Source: a virus (taxonomy: Duplodnaviria; Caudoviricetes). Taken from it: a stretch of DNA of 64,000 nt. Shown here piece after piece: positions 1 to 9,106 of the stretch. The notes under the pieces are model-generated. The model ran no database searches. It was not told the origin of the DNA and was given only the letters and a program-made list of their open reading frames with translations. The position numbers and the translations under genes are program-made. Location: IMG/VR virus record IMGVR_UViG_3300037512_001279, positions 57,657 through 121,656 of that record; one strand, 5' to 3'. Numbering within the stretch: position 1 is the stretch's first letter; every line of letters starts with the position of its first letter.

Positions 1-2
1 CT

Positions 3-365
3 CCTGCCCCTGCAAGCAACACCGTAACAATACCGTTTACGGCAAGTTTGGACAATTGTGACTATCTGTACTTTTGTTACAACGGTCTTGACGGCGGGAG
101 CGGTCACACTAGCGGCGTACATTACGGAACGAGTTATGCAAAGCTGATCATTAACAGTACGGAATACATACTTTATGATTACAGCTCTCAGCAGAGTTAC
201 CCAAGCGATCATGTTGAGATAGTTAAGAAGATAAACGTTACTTCCATCACGGGAGTGCCTACGATTCAACTTTATCTGTATGCATCGTCTTCATCTTCTT
301 CACCTCATTACTGGGCTAACGCCGATGTGAACGTTAAGCACATATATGTTCATGCAATTACATAG
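3..365 (+). CDS. C-terminal part of a probable tail/baseplate-associated protein (partial, begins before the window)
   Basis: Frame is open from position 3 to TAG at 363-365; beta-rich Ser/Thr/Tyr composition; upstream of tail-fibre-like genes. Confidence 0.55.
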   Translation, partial: PAPASNTVTIPFTASLDNCDYLYFCYNGLDGGSGHTSGVHYGTSYAKLIINSTEYILYDYSSQQSYPSDHVEIVKKINVTSITGVPTIQLYLYASSSSSSPHYWANADVNVKHIYVHAIT

Positions 366-421
366 AGTTTCTAAGCCTGTGTTACGCGGGCTTTTATATA
401 TTTAAAAGGAGGAAATTTATA

Positions 422-634
422 ATGGTTAAATTGAAAAGTATAAGCAGTGGTACTCTTCAAGCTCCTAACTGCGTGACTGCAAAACTTTTTGCGGATCAGA
501 AATCCGAAGTAACCGCAGGCATGACGATCGTTGGACTTCCTGTAGGATGTACTTTAGACATTGGAAGCAGCGTAATGACGGCTGCAGGAGACATTGCATT
601 CCTTAAATCTGACGGAACATGGAATTGGGTGTAA
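422..634 (+). CDS. small phage tail-region protein
   Basis: Strong AGGAGG RBS; 70 aa ending in SDGTWNWV; operon context. Confidence 0.7.
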   Translation: MVKLKSISSGTLQAPNCVTAKLFADQKSEVTAGMTIVGLPVGCTLDIGSSVMTAAGDIAFLKSDGTWNWV

Positions 635-646
635 GGAGGTGTTTAC

Positions 647-3031
647 ATGGCAAATAATAACATGGGCTTGAGCGGTGAAGAAGCTCTTGCCATTGCGATA
701 AAGAAATCTAATTCATATACAGATCAAGAGATTTCAAAAGTCAGAACCAAATTTCAGGTAGTTGCTTCTTATTCAGACCTTCCTGACCCTGGAAGAACTG
801 ATACGATTTATTTGGTTCCGCAGTCAGGGCATCCTGGCGTATATGACCAATATATTTACGAAAACAACCAATACGTTGACATTGGAGATACCGAGCTTGA
901 TTTAGCTGAGTATGCTACCGACGAAGAACTTCAGCAAGGTTTGGCGCTTAAAGTCGACAAAGTTCAAGGAAAAGGACTCTCCACAGAAGATTATACTACC
1001 GTAGAAAAGACGAAACTTTCCGGAATTGAAGACGGCGCTACTAATACTGTTGTAGACAGCGCACTCTCCACTTCTAGCGAGAATCCTGTTCAAAATAAAG
1101 TTGTAACAACAGAAATTAACGCAATCAACGCTACTTTGGCTAACAAGGCCAATACGAGCGGATATTATGAAGATTTTGTTGCAGGAAATGCCGAGCAGCT
1201 TTTGTCTAGCGTAAACGAACAAGACAGTACGCCGTATTTATTTAGAACAACTGGCGGTTCCATTGATGTTGGAAATCGTGAGACTAACACAATCGTTGGC
1301 GGCACTATCGCGTGGAATCAACTTGTGCCTGCAATAACGTCCGGAGAAATATACAATAATAATGGTATTACTTGTTATTCAAATGGTGATGGAAGTTTTA
1401 CGCTAAATGGAAAAGCAACAACAACGTCTAATTTTGTTTTAGTTAATGAATTTATGACTCCAATTGATCATATTTTTTATGTTTGCGGATATGTTAAAGA
1501 CAGTGCAAATACTGCAAGTGCCTTAAGTTTTCGCGGCACTAAGGTTGATTATGGAAATGGTGCGATATGGAAAAATACTTCGGCATATTCAAGCATGAAC
1601 GTTAGATTAGACTATATTATAAATGCAACTTACTCGAATACAATTATTAAACCGCAAGTATTTGACCTCACGCAAATGTTCGGGCCAACCATTGCAGATT
1701 ATCTGAATACATTGGAGTCTGGCACACCAGGTGCTGGGATTGCGAAACTGAAATTGTGGGGACTCTGCACAAAGTCGTATTATGCATATAATGCTGGAGA
1801 GCTTTTGTCAGTTAAGACTAGTGCTCATAAGATGGTTGGATTTAATCAGTGGGATGAAGAATGGGAAATTGGCAGCATTGATCCTGCAAATGGTTCAAAT
1901 ACAGTAACAACAAATACAATTCGTTCTAAAAATTATATTCCAGTAATTGAAGGATTGATTTATTATATTAATTCACCATCGAATAATAATGGCATATATC
2001 AGTTGTATTTATATGATGAGAATAAAAACTATATAGGTCTTAAAGATTTTAATTCTATTACTAACAAATTATATACAATACCATCTGGTTGTCATTATTT
2101 AAGATTTAGAACTTATGCTTCTTATGGAACAACATATAACAATGATATTTGTATTAACATTTCTTGGGATGGTGAGAAGGATGGAAACTATGAATCTTAC
2201 GTTGAGTATGAATATCCGTTAGATTCAGACCTTGAACTCAGAGGTATTCCTAAATTAGATGTAGATGACAGACTCTATTATGACGGGGACACTTATGAGA
2301 GTGACGGAACGGTGACAAGAAAATATGAGATTGTTGATCTTGGGACGCTAACGTGGACAAGAACAGGAACTGGATTGTTTAACACGGAATCGTTAAAAAA
2401 TGAAATAAGAAAACCGTCAACAAGTCTAACCGTGGCAACATGGATCATTAGCCCAATTTATACTGCCATGAATAGCAATGACATAAGCGGGCCTAACGGG
2501 GCAAATCCGTCACCAGATAAAGTAATGGCAGTAAATCCGCAAGGAGCCATGTATTTTAACAACGTTGCATATACGGATGCAGCAACGTTTAAGACTGCAA
2601 TGAGCGGTGTTTACCTTGTTTATGGATTGGCAACGGAAACCACAGAATCCGCAGATCCATTTACTAATCCACAAATTTGTGATGATTTTGGTACTGAGGA
2701 ATACATTGATACTAGAACTATTCCGATTCCTGTAGGTCACATTACTGAATATACACAGAATCTGAAAGCAAAACTTGAAATGGCGCCTGATAGTCCTGAT
2801 TCAAATGGTGATTACATATTGAGGCATCAGAACGGAGTTAACGTATACGTACCTCACACTGGCGGTGGCAGTTCGTTACCAGAAACTCCGCAGAACGATG
2901 GTGAGTATTATCTTAAAAACACCGTTTCAAGTGGATCGCCAACATTAAGTTGGGACGGCGACATACTTGCGTCGCTTGGACTCAGCATCGTTAACGGTGA
3001 ACTGTGCGTGACGTACAGTGAAAATGAATAA
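647..3031 (+). CDS. tail fibre / virion-associated protein
   Basis: 794 aa; KVDKVQGKGLSTEDYT..EKTKLSGI and VDSALSTSSENPVQNKVV segments typical of Firmicutes phage fibre proteins; RBS AGGAGG. Confidence 0.75.
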   Translation: MANNNMGLSGEEALAIAIKKSNSYTDQEISKVRTKFQVVASYSDLPDPGRTDTIYLVPQSGHPGVYDQYIYENNQYVDIGDTELDLAEYATDEELQQGLALKVDKVQGKGLSTEDYTTVEKTKLSGIEDGATNTVVDSALSTSSENPVQNKVVTTEINAINATLANKANTSGYYEDFVAGNAEQLLSSVNEQDSTPYLFRTTGGSIDVGNRETNTIVGGTIAWNQLVPAITSGEIYNNNGITCYSNGDGSFTLNGKATTTSNFVLVNEFMTPIDHIFYVCGYVKDSANTASALSFRGTKVDYGNGAIWKNTSAYSSMNVRLDYIINATYSNTIIKPQVFDLTQMFGPTIADYLNTLESGTPGAGIAKLKLWGLCTKSYYAYNAGELLSVKTSAHKMVGFNQWDEEWEIGSIDPANGSNTVTTNTIRSKNYIPVIEGLIYYINSPSNNNGIYQLYLYDENKNYIGLKDFNSITNKLYTIPSGCHYLRFRTYASYGTTYNNDICINISWDGEKDGNYESYVEYEYPLDSDLELRGIPKLDVDDRLYYDGDTYESDGTVTRKYEIVDLGTLTWTRTGTGLFNTESLKNEIRKPSTSLTVATWIISPIYTAMNSNDISGPNGANPSPDKVMAVNPQGAMYFNNVAYTDAATFKTAMSGVYLVYGLATETTESADPFTNPQICDDFGTEEYIDTRTIPIPVGHITEYTQNLKAKLEMAPDSPDSNGDYILRHQNGVNVYVPHTGGGSSLPETPQNDGEYYLKNTVSSGSPTLSWDGDILASLGLSIVNGELCVTYSENE

Positions 3032-3048
3032 GGGAAGGAGAAATAAAA

Positions 3049-4644
3049 ATGTCAAATATAACAAAGCCCATGGTGCTGAACGAAACCGTTCAGGCACTAA
3101 ATGGAAAACTTGATACAATGAATGCGTTTTTGGAGAGCATCGCTACTAGCTTAGAGCCTTCTCCTACTCCTACTCCATCTGTCGGTGGGGCAGAAAAAGA
3201 CGTAAATTTCTACGATTACGATGGTACTTTGGTTACATCTTATACGGCTGAAGAATTTCTGGAGTTAAGTGAAATGCCTACTAATCCTACACATAATGGT
3301 CTTACAGCACAGGGATGGAACTGGACTTTAGAAGACGCACAGAGTTATGTAGAAGATAATGGAATGCTGGACATTGGCCAAAACTATGTAACAAGCGATG
3401 GAAAAACTAGAATTTATATTCATTTGGATGCCGGAAGACTATCTATTCAATTAAATTTTAAGGTTCATGGCACGTGTGTTATTGATTGGGGCGATGAGCG
3501 TTCTGATTCAGTAACAAATGATGAAGGTAGTTATTATTATCCTTGCAGCGTAAATTCTACTCATGTATATGAATCTGCTGGCGATTATGTCATTACACTA
3601 GACGTTACCAATGCCAACTGTATAGCGTTTGGTGACGATGATGATCACGAATATGCCATAATTTCTAAATGGGATGATAATGAGTATAATAGAGAAACAT
3701 CAAATGCGAACTGGGGATTTTGTAATTCCATTAAGAAAATAGAATTAGGCTCTAAGTATTATGAATTATTGGATTATGCGTTTATTGGATGCAGGAGTAT
3801 GGAAAGCATAACAATTCCTAATACTGTGTATGATGCTGGCTACAGTAGTCCTTTTGATTTTTGCTATAATTTGAAATGCGTTGTAATTCCAGACGCTGTT
3901 CCGTTTGAGGATTGGAGCGAAGGTGGCGCAGAACCGGTAATATATAACTATAAAACAACAAATATTGATTTTGAACTGTGCGATTGTCGGTCATTAAAAT
4001 ATTTACTACTTCCTAAAAGCGTAACATCTATTAACTTGGAGTCTTCTACTACATCTATTGAAAAAGTTATATTGCCTCCTGATATAGAAGAGTTTAGCTA
4101 TTCAACAGATGATTATGTAGCAAGTCAATTAAAAACAGTTATTATTCCGGAGGGTGTTGAAATTATTCCACAAGAAGCATTTTATGGCTGCGGTAAACTT
4201 TCGCATGTAAAAATACCAAGCACTCTAACGAGTATTTATGATGCTGCTTTTTGTGCTTGCCAATCATTATCCTCTATAGAATTGCCAGAAACAATATCAT
4301 ATATAGGTGAATATGCTTTTATGTCGTCTGGAATAGAATCCTTTACTATTCCGCCTTTAGTAACTTATATAAGTTCTGGGACATTTAGTTACTGTGATAT
4401 ATTAACAACTATCAACATACATGAAAACGTGACAACTATAGATACGCAAGCATTTAATTATTGTCATAGCCTTGGCGGTATTATATTTGCTGGTGATACT
4501 CCTCCGACAGTAGATAGTAGTGATACTTTTGATGAACTTCCGACAGATTGTGTGCTTCATGTCCCAAATAATTCGTATACGTATGCCGAGAATTATCCAG
4601 ACCCAAGCGTATATGTGTATGATTATTCTATAAATCCAAAGTAA
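3049..4644 (+). CDS. BspA-type leucine-rich-repeat (LRR_5) protein with N-terminal Listeria-Bacteroides-repeat-like and PKD-like segments
   Basis: Repeated LxSIxIPxxVTxIxxxAFxxC units in the C-terminal half; VNFYDYDGT...GWN and IDWGD...HVYESAGDYVITL segments. Confidence 0.8.
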   Translation: MSNITKPMVLNETVQALNGKLDTMNAFLESIATSLEPSPTPTPSVGGAEKDVNFYDYDGTLVTSYTAEEFLELSEMPTNPTHNGLTAQGWNWTLEDAQSYVEDNGMLDIGQNYVTSDGKTRIYIHLDAGRLSIQLNFKVHGTCVIDWGDERSDSVTNDEGSYYYPCSVNSTHVYESAGDYVITLDVTNANCIAFGDDDDHEYAIISKWDDNEYNRETSNANWGFCNSIKKIELGSKYYELLDYAFIGCRSMESITIPNTVYDAGYSSPFDFCYNLKCVVIPDAVPFEDWSEGGAEPVIYNYKTTNIDFELCDCRSLKYLLLPKSVTSINLESSTTSIEKVILPPDIEEFSYSTDDYVASQLKTVIIPEGVEIIPQEAFYGCGKLSHVKIPSTLTSIYDAAFCACQSLSSIELPETISYIGEYAFMSSGIESFTIPPLVTYISSGTFSYCDILTTINIHENVTTIDTQAFNYCHSLGGIIFAGDTPPTVDSSDTFDELPTDCVLHVPNNSYTYAENYPDPSVYVYDYSINPK

Positions 4645-4669
4645 ACTAAGTAAAAGGAGGACATGAAAA

Positions 4670-4834
4670 ATGGATAATAAAGAAAAAACACCTTATTCTT
4701 CTATGACTTTCAAAGAGCGCATTGAAGCTATTAGAAAACAAAGGAAAGAACGCATTGAAGATTCTGCAAAAAAGCGCCATGAAGAAATAATGGCAGAAAT
4801 TAAAAAGCGTCGCGAAGAGAGGGAAAAGAAATAG
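4670..4834 (+). CDS. 54-aa highly charged coiled-coil peptide
   Basis: AAGGAGG upstream; ORF MDNKEKTPYSSMTFKERIEAIRKQRKERIE...REKK (below ORF-track cutoff). Confidence 0.55.
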   Translation: MDNKEKTPYSSMTFKERIEAIRKQRKERIEDSAKKRHEEIMAEIKKRREEREKK

Positions 4835-4940
4835 GCTTCTGCTCTTCCATTTTGCTCAAATTTCAATCTAAAACGAATTTTACGAATACTTTTATGCCCG
4901 TAAATTAAAAATCGATTTAAGGGGCAAATACGCAATCATG

Positions 4941-4972
4941 TGGGGAATGGCTTCGGCTGTTCCCCATTTTTT
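4941..4972 (+). terminator. intrinsic terminator ending the tail operon
   Basis: TGGGGAATGGC-TTCG-GCTGTTCCCCA hairpin followed by T-tract. Confidence 0.75.
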
Positions 4973-5150
4973 ACTTTTGAATTGTATACACCGTACGTAA
5001 AAAGTGCAATCCTGCAAAAGCAAAAAAACGGAGCAGGCGACCAAACCTACTCCGTGACGTAAACTTATTAAGCGACATATCCTTTCATAATATTTTATGT
5101 GGATATTTTGTAAAATCTTTAATTTTTTAACCATGACAATTTTTGATTAA

Positions 5151-5356
5151 GTGATTACAAAGTGATTACAACTCTGTTTTTGAGGAAACTATTTTAATTT
5201 AATATACTTGAGAATTATTATTTTTATTGAAGTTTTCAGAAACCGAAACAATAAAAAAATAGCGAAGGGGGGACTCGAACCATTGTCTTTTGAGCTTTTT
5301 TGAACTAGAAAACTAGCCGTATTTTCTCACTTTTTGGTGATTACAACTGATTACAA
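5151..5356. other. attP: tRNA 3'-end core (5260-5281) flanked by arm-type repeats
   Basis: Minus-strand GGTTCGAGTCCCCCCTTCGCTA (T-arm + acceptor 3' strand); (G/C)TGATTACAA repeats at 5151, 5162, 5337, 5347; adjacent to the integrase 3' end. Confidence 0.8.
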
Positions 5357-5374
5357 CCGCATAAAATAAGGACT

Positions 5375-6565
5375 TTATGATGACAATGCTTTTTTGATTT
5401 GGGCTTGAGCCTCCTCAAAAGTCTTGTCAGAATAGTAGTAGTAATCACGTGTGCAGTTAATATTCGTGTGTCCCATTTGTTTGATGATGAGTCTTTCGTC
5501 TACCCCGCCGTTAATAAGTTTCGTGGCATACGTTTTTCTGATTTTATGCATTGACCTTGGAGGTATTCCAAGTTTTTTACACAGTCTTAGAAGTCTCAAC
5601 GTAAAACACCTGCTTAGGATTCTTTCTCCATTTTTCATAAACATGTATTCACCGAATGGATTTTTCTTCCGTATTGTCGCAAGTATTTTTTTAGCCTCGT
5701 CATTTAATATGATCGTTCTGTTACCGGCTTCGGTCTTAGGAGACTCTCTAACCTGGAATACGTAGCCACCATCTTTGTCCTTGAACCGTTCCTCTGTCTT
5801 TGTGATGCTCAACAAATCCCCAGTGACGTCGGAGTGCTTCAATGCAGAAAGTTCTCCTACTCTCAACCCTGTTTGAAAAACCAATAGAATTCCAAGGTCA
5901 ATTAAGCTAGACCTCTTCCACAATTCGAACTCAACAGCATCGATTTCTTCTTTTGTGAAAACCGAATCTTCATCTCGAATAACCTTTTTCTTAAAGGCTT
6001 TTCTTGACAGTTCGAGATAATCACCGAAGAAATCTTTTGCACTTATGTCCGTGTATCCCCGTTTTTTGCCATACTTTAAAACGCCTATAATTAAGGTTCT
6101 TACACCATTGTAAGCCTTGTAAGACAGATTAAAGTCGGAAATTGTTTTCTTAATAAAGTCTTCAAGCTCTGACTCCGTCAGTCGTTGCAGTTCTACCTTG
6201 TCGAAACCAGTTTTTACAAAGTATCTTGTAAAGTCCGTCCTGTAACGATCATATGTTTGTTTTTGTATTTCATTATATTCTAGTTTCCTGTCCACCCATT
6301 TGTCAAAAATTTCTCCAAACGTGTTCACCTGACTATGTTGGAATATCAGGTCTTCAATTTCTTCTTTTGTTTTCTTTCGCTGCAACGCCCTCCCTTTCCT
6401 TGAATCATCAATGTACGTGTACCAATAACCGTTTTCTCCTTGCCAAATTTTGTGATTGTGTTTTTGCAGTGCTTCTTCTTTTTTCTTCATATCAATTTGG
6501 TCGCTTAATAAGTTCGCGTCTATTATACCATTCTTTAACGCGAAATTCAATGTACTTTCATTCAA
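5375..6565 (-). CDS. int: tyrosine integrase
   Basis: TGLRVGEL, HKIRKTY, MGH and distal Tyr catalytic motifs; N-terminal arm-binding-like segment; next to attP. Confidence 0.92.
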   Translation of the reverse strand: MNESTLNFALKNGIIDANLLSDQIDMKKKEEALQKHNHKIWQGENGYWYTYIDDSRKGRALQRKKTKEEIEDLIFQHSQVNTFGEIFDKWVDRKLEYNEIQKQTYDRYRTDFTRYFVKTGFDKVELQRLTESELEDFIKKTISDFNLSYKAYNGVRTLIIGVLKYGKKRGYTDISAKDFFGDYLELSRKAFKKKVIRDEDSVFTKEEIDAVEFELWKRSSLIDLGILLVFQTGLRVGELSALKHSDVTGDLLSITKTEERFKDKDGGYVFQVRESPKTEAGNRTIILNDEAKKILATIRKKNPFGEYMFMKNGERILSRCFTLRLLRLCKKLGIPPRSMHKIRKTYATKLINGGVDERLIIKQMGHTNINCTRDYYYYSDKTFEEAQAQIKKALSS

Positions 6566-6682
6566 TAAGCATCACCATCCTTTCCTTATAATATGTAATT
6601 CTCCAAAAGCAAAGGGAAAAAGGTGAAAACAGCAACAGTAAAGAACGGTAAAAGATTTAAGAACAGTAAACAAAAGTAAAAA

Positions 6683-6718
6683 AATGGGAATGGCATAGAC
6701 AGCCGTTCCCATTTTTTT
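6683..6718. terminator. bidirectional intrinsic terminator after dut
   Basis: ATGGGAATGGC...GCCGTTCCCAT hairpin flanked by A- and T-tracts. Confidence 0.7.
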
Positions 6719-6768
6719 CAAATGTGTTTTAGTAAATTTTATTTGAGTAAACCATTTTGGTTTACGAA

Positions 6769-7275
6769 TCAAATTCCCGTACTGCCAAATCCACCAGTTC
6801 TTATCTCTGACACGTCATCATCTTCCGTAATGCCGTAAGGAATGAAAATGCCCTGTGCGAATCTGTCACCTTCACACAGATATAAATTATTGCATCCGTT
6901 ATTCACTATCTTAATCATAATGTGTCCTTCGTTATCAGCAACGTAATATGAGCTGTCGATTATTCCAATAGTGTTCGCAAGTGCAACGTGGTATTTGAAT
7001 CCAAGACTGCTTCTTGGAACAATCCCCAAAAACCATCCGTCTTCAATCTTGCAACGGATTCCCGTTGGAATAATAACGCTTTCTCCCGTACAAACCGTAA
7101 CGTTATTTGGAATATAAAAGTCATATCCGGCACTTCCAATCGTCGATCTTTTCGGCAATTTTATCAAATCAAATTGCTCTTTTATCTGATCAATATCATC
7201 ATCAGGAAATTGTCTAAGATAATCCTGAAGGAACTGCTCAAAGCTAACCTTCTGAAATTTCGCTACTACATTCAT
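6769..7275 (-). CDS. dut: trimeric dUTPase
   Basis: SAGYDF, PRSSLG, GIIDSSYY, GDRFAQG, RTGGFGSTG motifs. Confidence 0.95.
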   Translation of the reverse strand: MNVVAKFQKVSFEQFLQDYLRQFPDDDIDQIKEQFDLIKLPKRSTIGSAGYDFYIPNNVTVCTGESVIIPTGIRCKIEDGWFLGIVPRSSLGFKYHVALANTIGIIDSSYYVADNEGHIMIKIVNNGCNNLYLCEGDRFAQGIFIPYGITEDDDVSEIRTGGFGSTGI

Positions 7276-7305
7276 GTTTTTTACCTTCCAATCTTTTTTT
7301 TAACA

Positions 7306-7488
7306 TTATTCTTCTTGCAATGTTTCGTAATGTTCACTTCTTTTCTTTTGCTTATGATCACACGGAATACACTGCCCGTAAAAATATTCTTTCTCCTTGT
7401 ACATGCAGCGCACTTTTTCTATCTTGCCGACCTTGAACAATTCGCCGTACACGCAATCCTCACACTCTGCAGTGATAATCATTGACAT
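7306..7488 (-). CDS. small Cys-rich hypothetical protein
   Basis: CxxC plus further Cys; packed in operon. Confidence 0.6.
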   Translation of the reverse strand: MSMIITAECEDCVYGELFKVGKIEKVRCMYKEKEYFYGQCIPCDHKQKKRSEHYETLQEE

Positions 7489-7786
7489 CTTGTATACCCA
7501 ACCTTTTCAACTCTCTGTTTATTGATACTTGACATTTGTCAAGTATTTCCGAAAAGTTACCATAGTACCGATTGTAAAACGGGGCGTATATTGTTTCGTG
7601 ATTCGAATCATATACCTTAACCTTTACGACGCCTTCAGTCGCGTTATATATTAATTCTCCAATCAGTGTTGACTTTCCGGAAATTTCATCCTTCAGTACG
7701 GTAAAAGTATGAATGTAAATTTGGTTGTCTGCATCGGAAAAATCACGACTAAAAGACCATTGAGATTTACGTTGTGAAGTTTTCAT
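7460..7786 (-). CDS. hypothetical protein
   Basis: Start overlaps nrdD stop; 108 aa. Confidence 0.65.
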   Translation of the reverse strand: MKTSQRKSQWSFSRDFSDADNQIYIHTFTVLKDEISGKSTLIGELIYNATEGVVKVKVYDSNHETIYAPFYNRYYGNFSEILDKCQVSINRELKRLGIQDVNDYHCRV

Positions 7787-8256
7787 TACATTGAAACCCT
7801 TTCTGCTATTTCTGCATTTTTGGCAGGATTATATCTTGTTTCACCATGAACTCTTGTAAATCCAAGATATCCATTCATTCTATCTATCTTTGTAAGTCTA
7901 GTGCTTCCACATTTAGGGCAGGTAGTCATCTCAACTTGCTGATATCCGCAATCTTCGCAATAACACATTGCAAGATTTACGCCCTCATAAAAGCCCTTCT
8001 CCATTGCCCTTAACACCAAACTTTTAATTGCTTCAACATTATAACCGAGATTATATCTGCAGTATTGTATTTTACCGCCATTAAAATAATTCCAAAACCT
8101 TTCTTCTTTATCTTGCTTTTCAATTGGTGAAATCTTTTCTGTTACATGGCAATGAAAACTATTACTTACATAGGCCCTGTCTGAAACATTTTCAATAATT
8201 CCATACATTTTACGGAATTGCTTTACTTGAAGACCGCAAAGGCTCTCTGCAGGAGT
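7786..8256 (-). CDS. nrdD: anaerobic ribonucleoside-triphosphate reductase, exon 2
   Basis: TPAESLC, Zn-ribbon CEDC..CPKC and glycyl-radical RMNGYLG; joins exon 1 in frame (YAIYG|TPAESL). Confidence 0.92.
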   Translation of the reverse strand, partial: TPAESLCGLQVKQFRKMYGIIENVSDRAYVSNSFHCHVTEKISPIEKQDKEERFWNYFNGGKIQYCRYNLGYNVEAIKSLVLRAMEKGFYEGVNLAMCYCEDCGYQQVEMTTCPKCGSTRLTKIDRMNGYLGFTRVHGETRYNPAKNAEIAERVSM

Positions 8257-9106
8257 CAACACAGATGTATATTTCTATACTGGTTACTGTGTTGCAACAT
8301 ATCTTCATGTTTGCTAAACATGCCATCAGTTTCGAATAAGTGCTAATCTCTTATTCTACTCTACTCAGTTATTCATATAAAACTAGCTTATGTTTTATAT
8401 TATCCTTTCGATGTCCTCTACATACTCATTATAATATTCAAAATGATAACCATGCGAACTTTTAAATCCATATTTATGTTTACATATTTCTGAAATATGA
8501 GAATTTTCATATTCAATATTTAAATCATCACATGCTTCTTTGATGGTTTCATATATCTTATTATTTTCTTTACAAATTATTCTTTTTCTGTTCCCTATTT
8601 TTAATATTTTAGATCTGTGTATATTTTGTTCTTCTCTTGTCATATATTCTAAATTTTCAATATTATTATTTTCTTTATTACCATCAATATGATTAACTGT
8701 CAGTTCGCTTATGCCAACAAATGCATACATTATCAATCTATGAATTCCGATTGTAATTCTTTTATCGTTATACCATATATGACATTTAATCCATCCACGT
8801 TTAGATTTGTTTTCTGCCACATATTTATCAAGTACGGAATCATATACATGTCCGTCATTTGTTGCATAATATCTGTTATTTGTATTTGGTATTACTTTTT
8901 TAATTATTTCCAATATGACTACCTCCTATTAATTTGATGTTCGATAGTCATATTTTGAATATTATTAATGAGACACGGTATTGCCTTATCCACAATGTGG
9001 ACTTAGGTTCTCTTACCACCTTAATCTTTCGATTTAGTTGACCGTTAGCCCGAATATATCAGACACCCCTTAGCTGGGTTTGATGGTTTAAACACGGCAA
9101 TCATTT
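8257..9106 (-). mobile_element. group I intron in nrdD (850 nt) carrying an HNH homing endonuclease
   Basis: Exon ends ACGGU, pairing with intron GCCGU (P1, U.G pair); intron ends in G; removal restores YAIYGTPAESL. Confidence 0.88.
8395..8913 (-). CDS. intron-encoded HNH homing endonuclease (NUMOD4/HNH/NUMOD1-like)
   Basis: IHRLI..AF, VNHIDGNKENN..ENLE HNH motif; C-terminal HTH-like YETIKEAC. Confidence 0.88.
   Translation of the reverse strand: MEIIKKVIPNTNNRYYATNDGHVYDSVLDKYVAENKSKRGWIKCHIWYNDKRITIGIHRLIMYAFVGISELTVNHIDGNKENNNIENLEYMTREEQNIHRSKILKIGNRKRIICKENNKIYETIKEACDDLNIEYENSHISEICKHKYGFKSSHGYHFEYYNEYVEDIERII

Noticed and set aside
1-4644. Diversity-generating retroelement acting on tail genes
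   Set aside because: No reverse transcriptase and no TR/VR pair differing at adenines seen in the window
4693-5134. Minus-strand ORFs 4693-4935 and 4892-5134, and similarly 6572-6772
   Set aside because: They run across terminators or are antisense to a better-supported small ORF; no RBS
5260-5281. Complete tRNA gene
   Set aside because: Only the T-arm and 3' acceptor strand are present; interpreted as the att core
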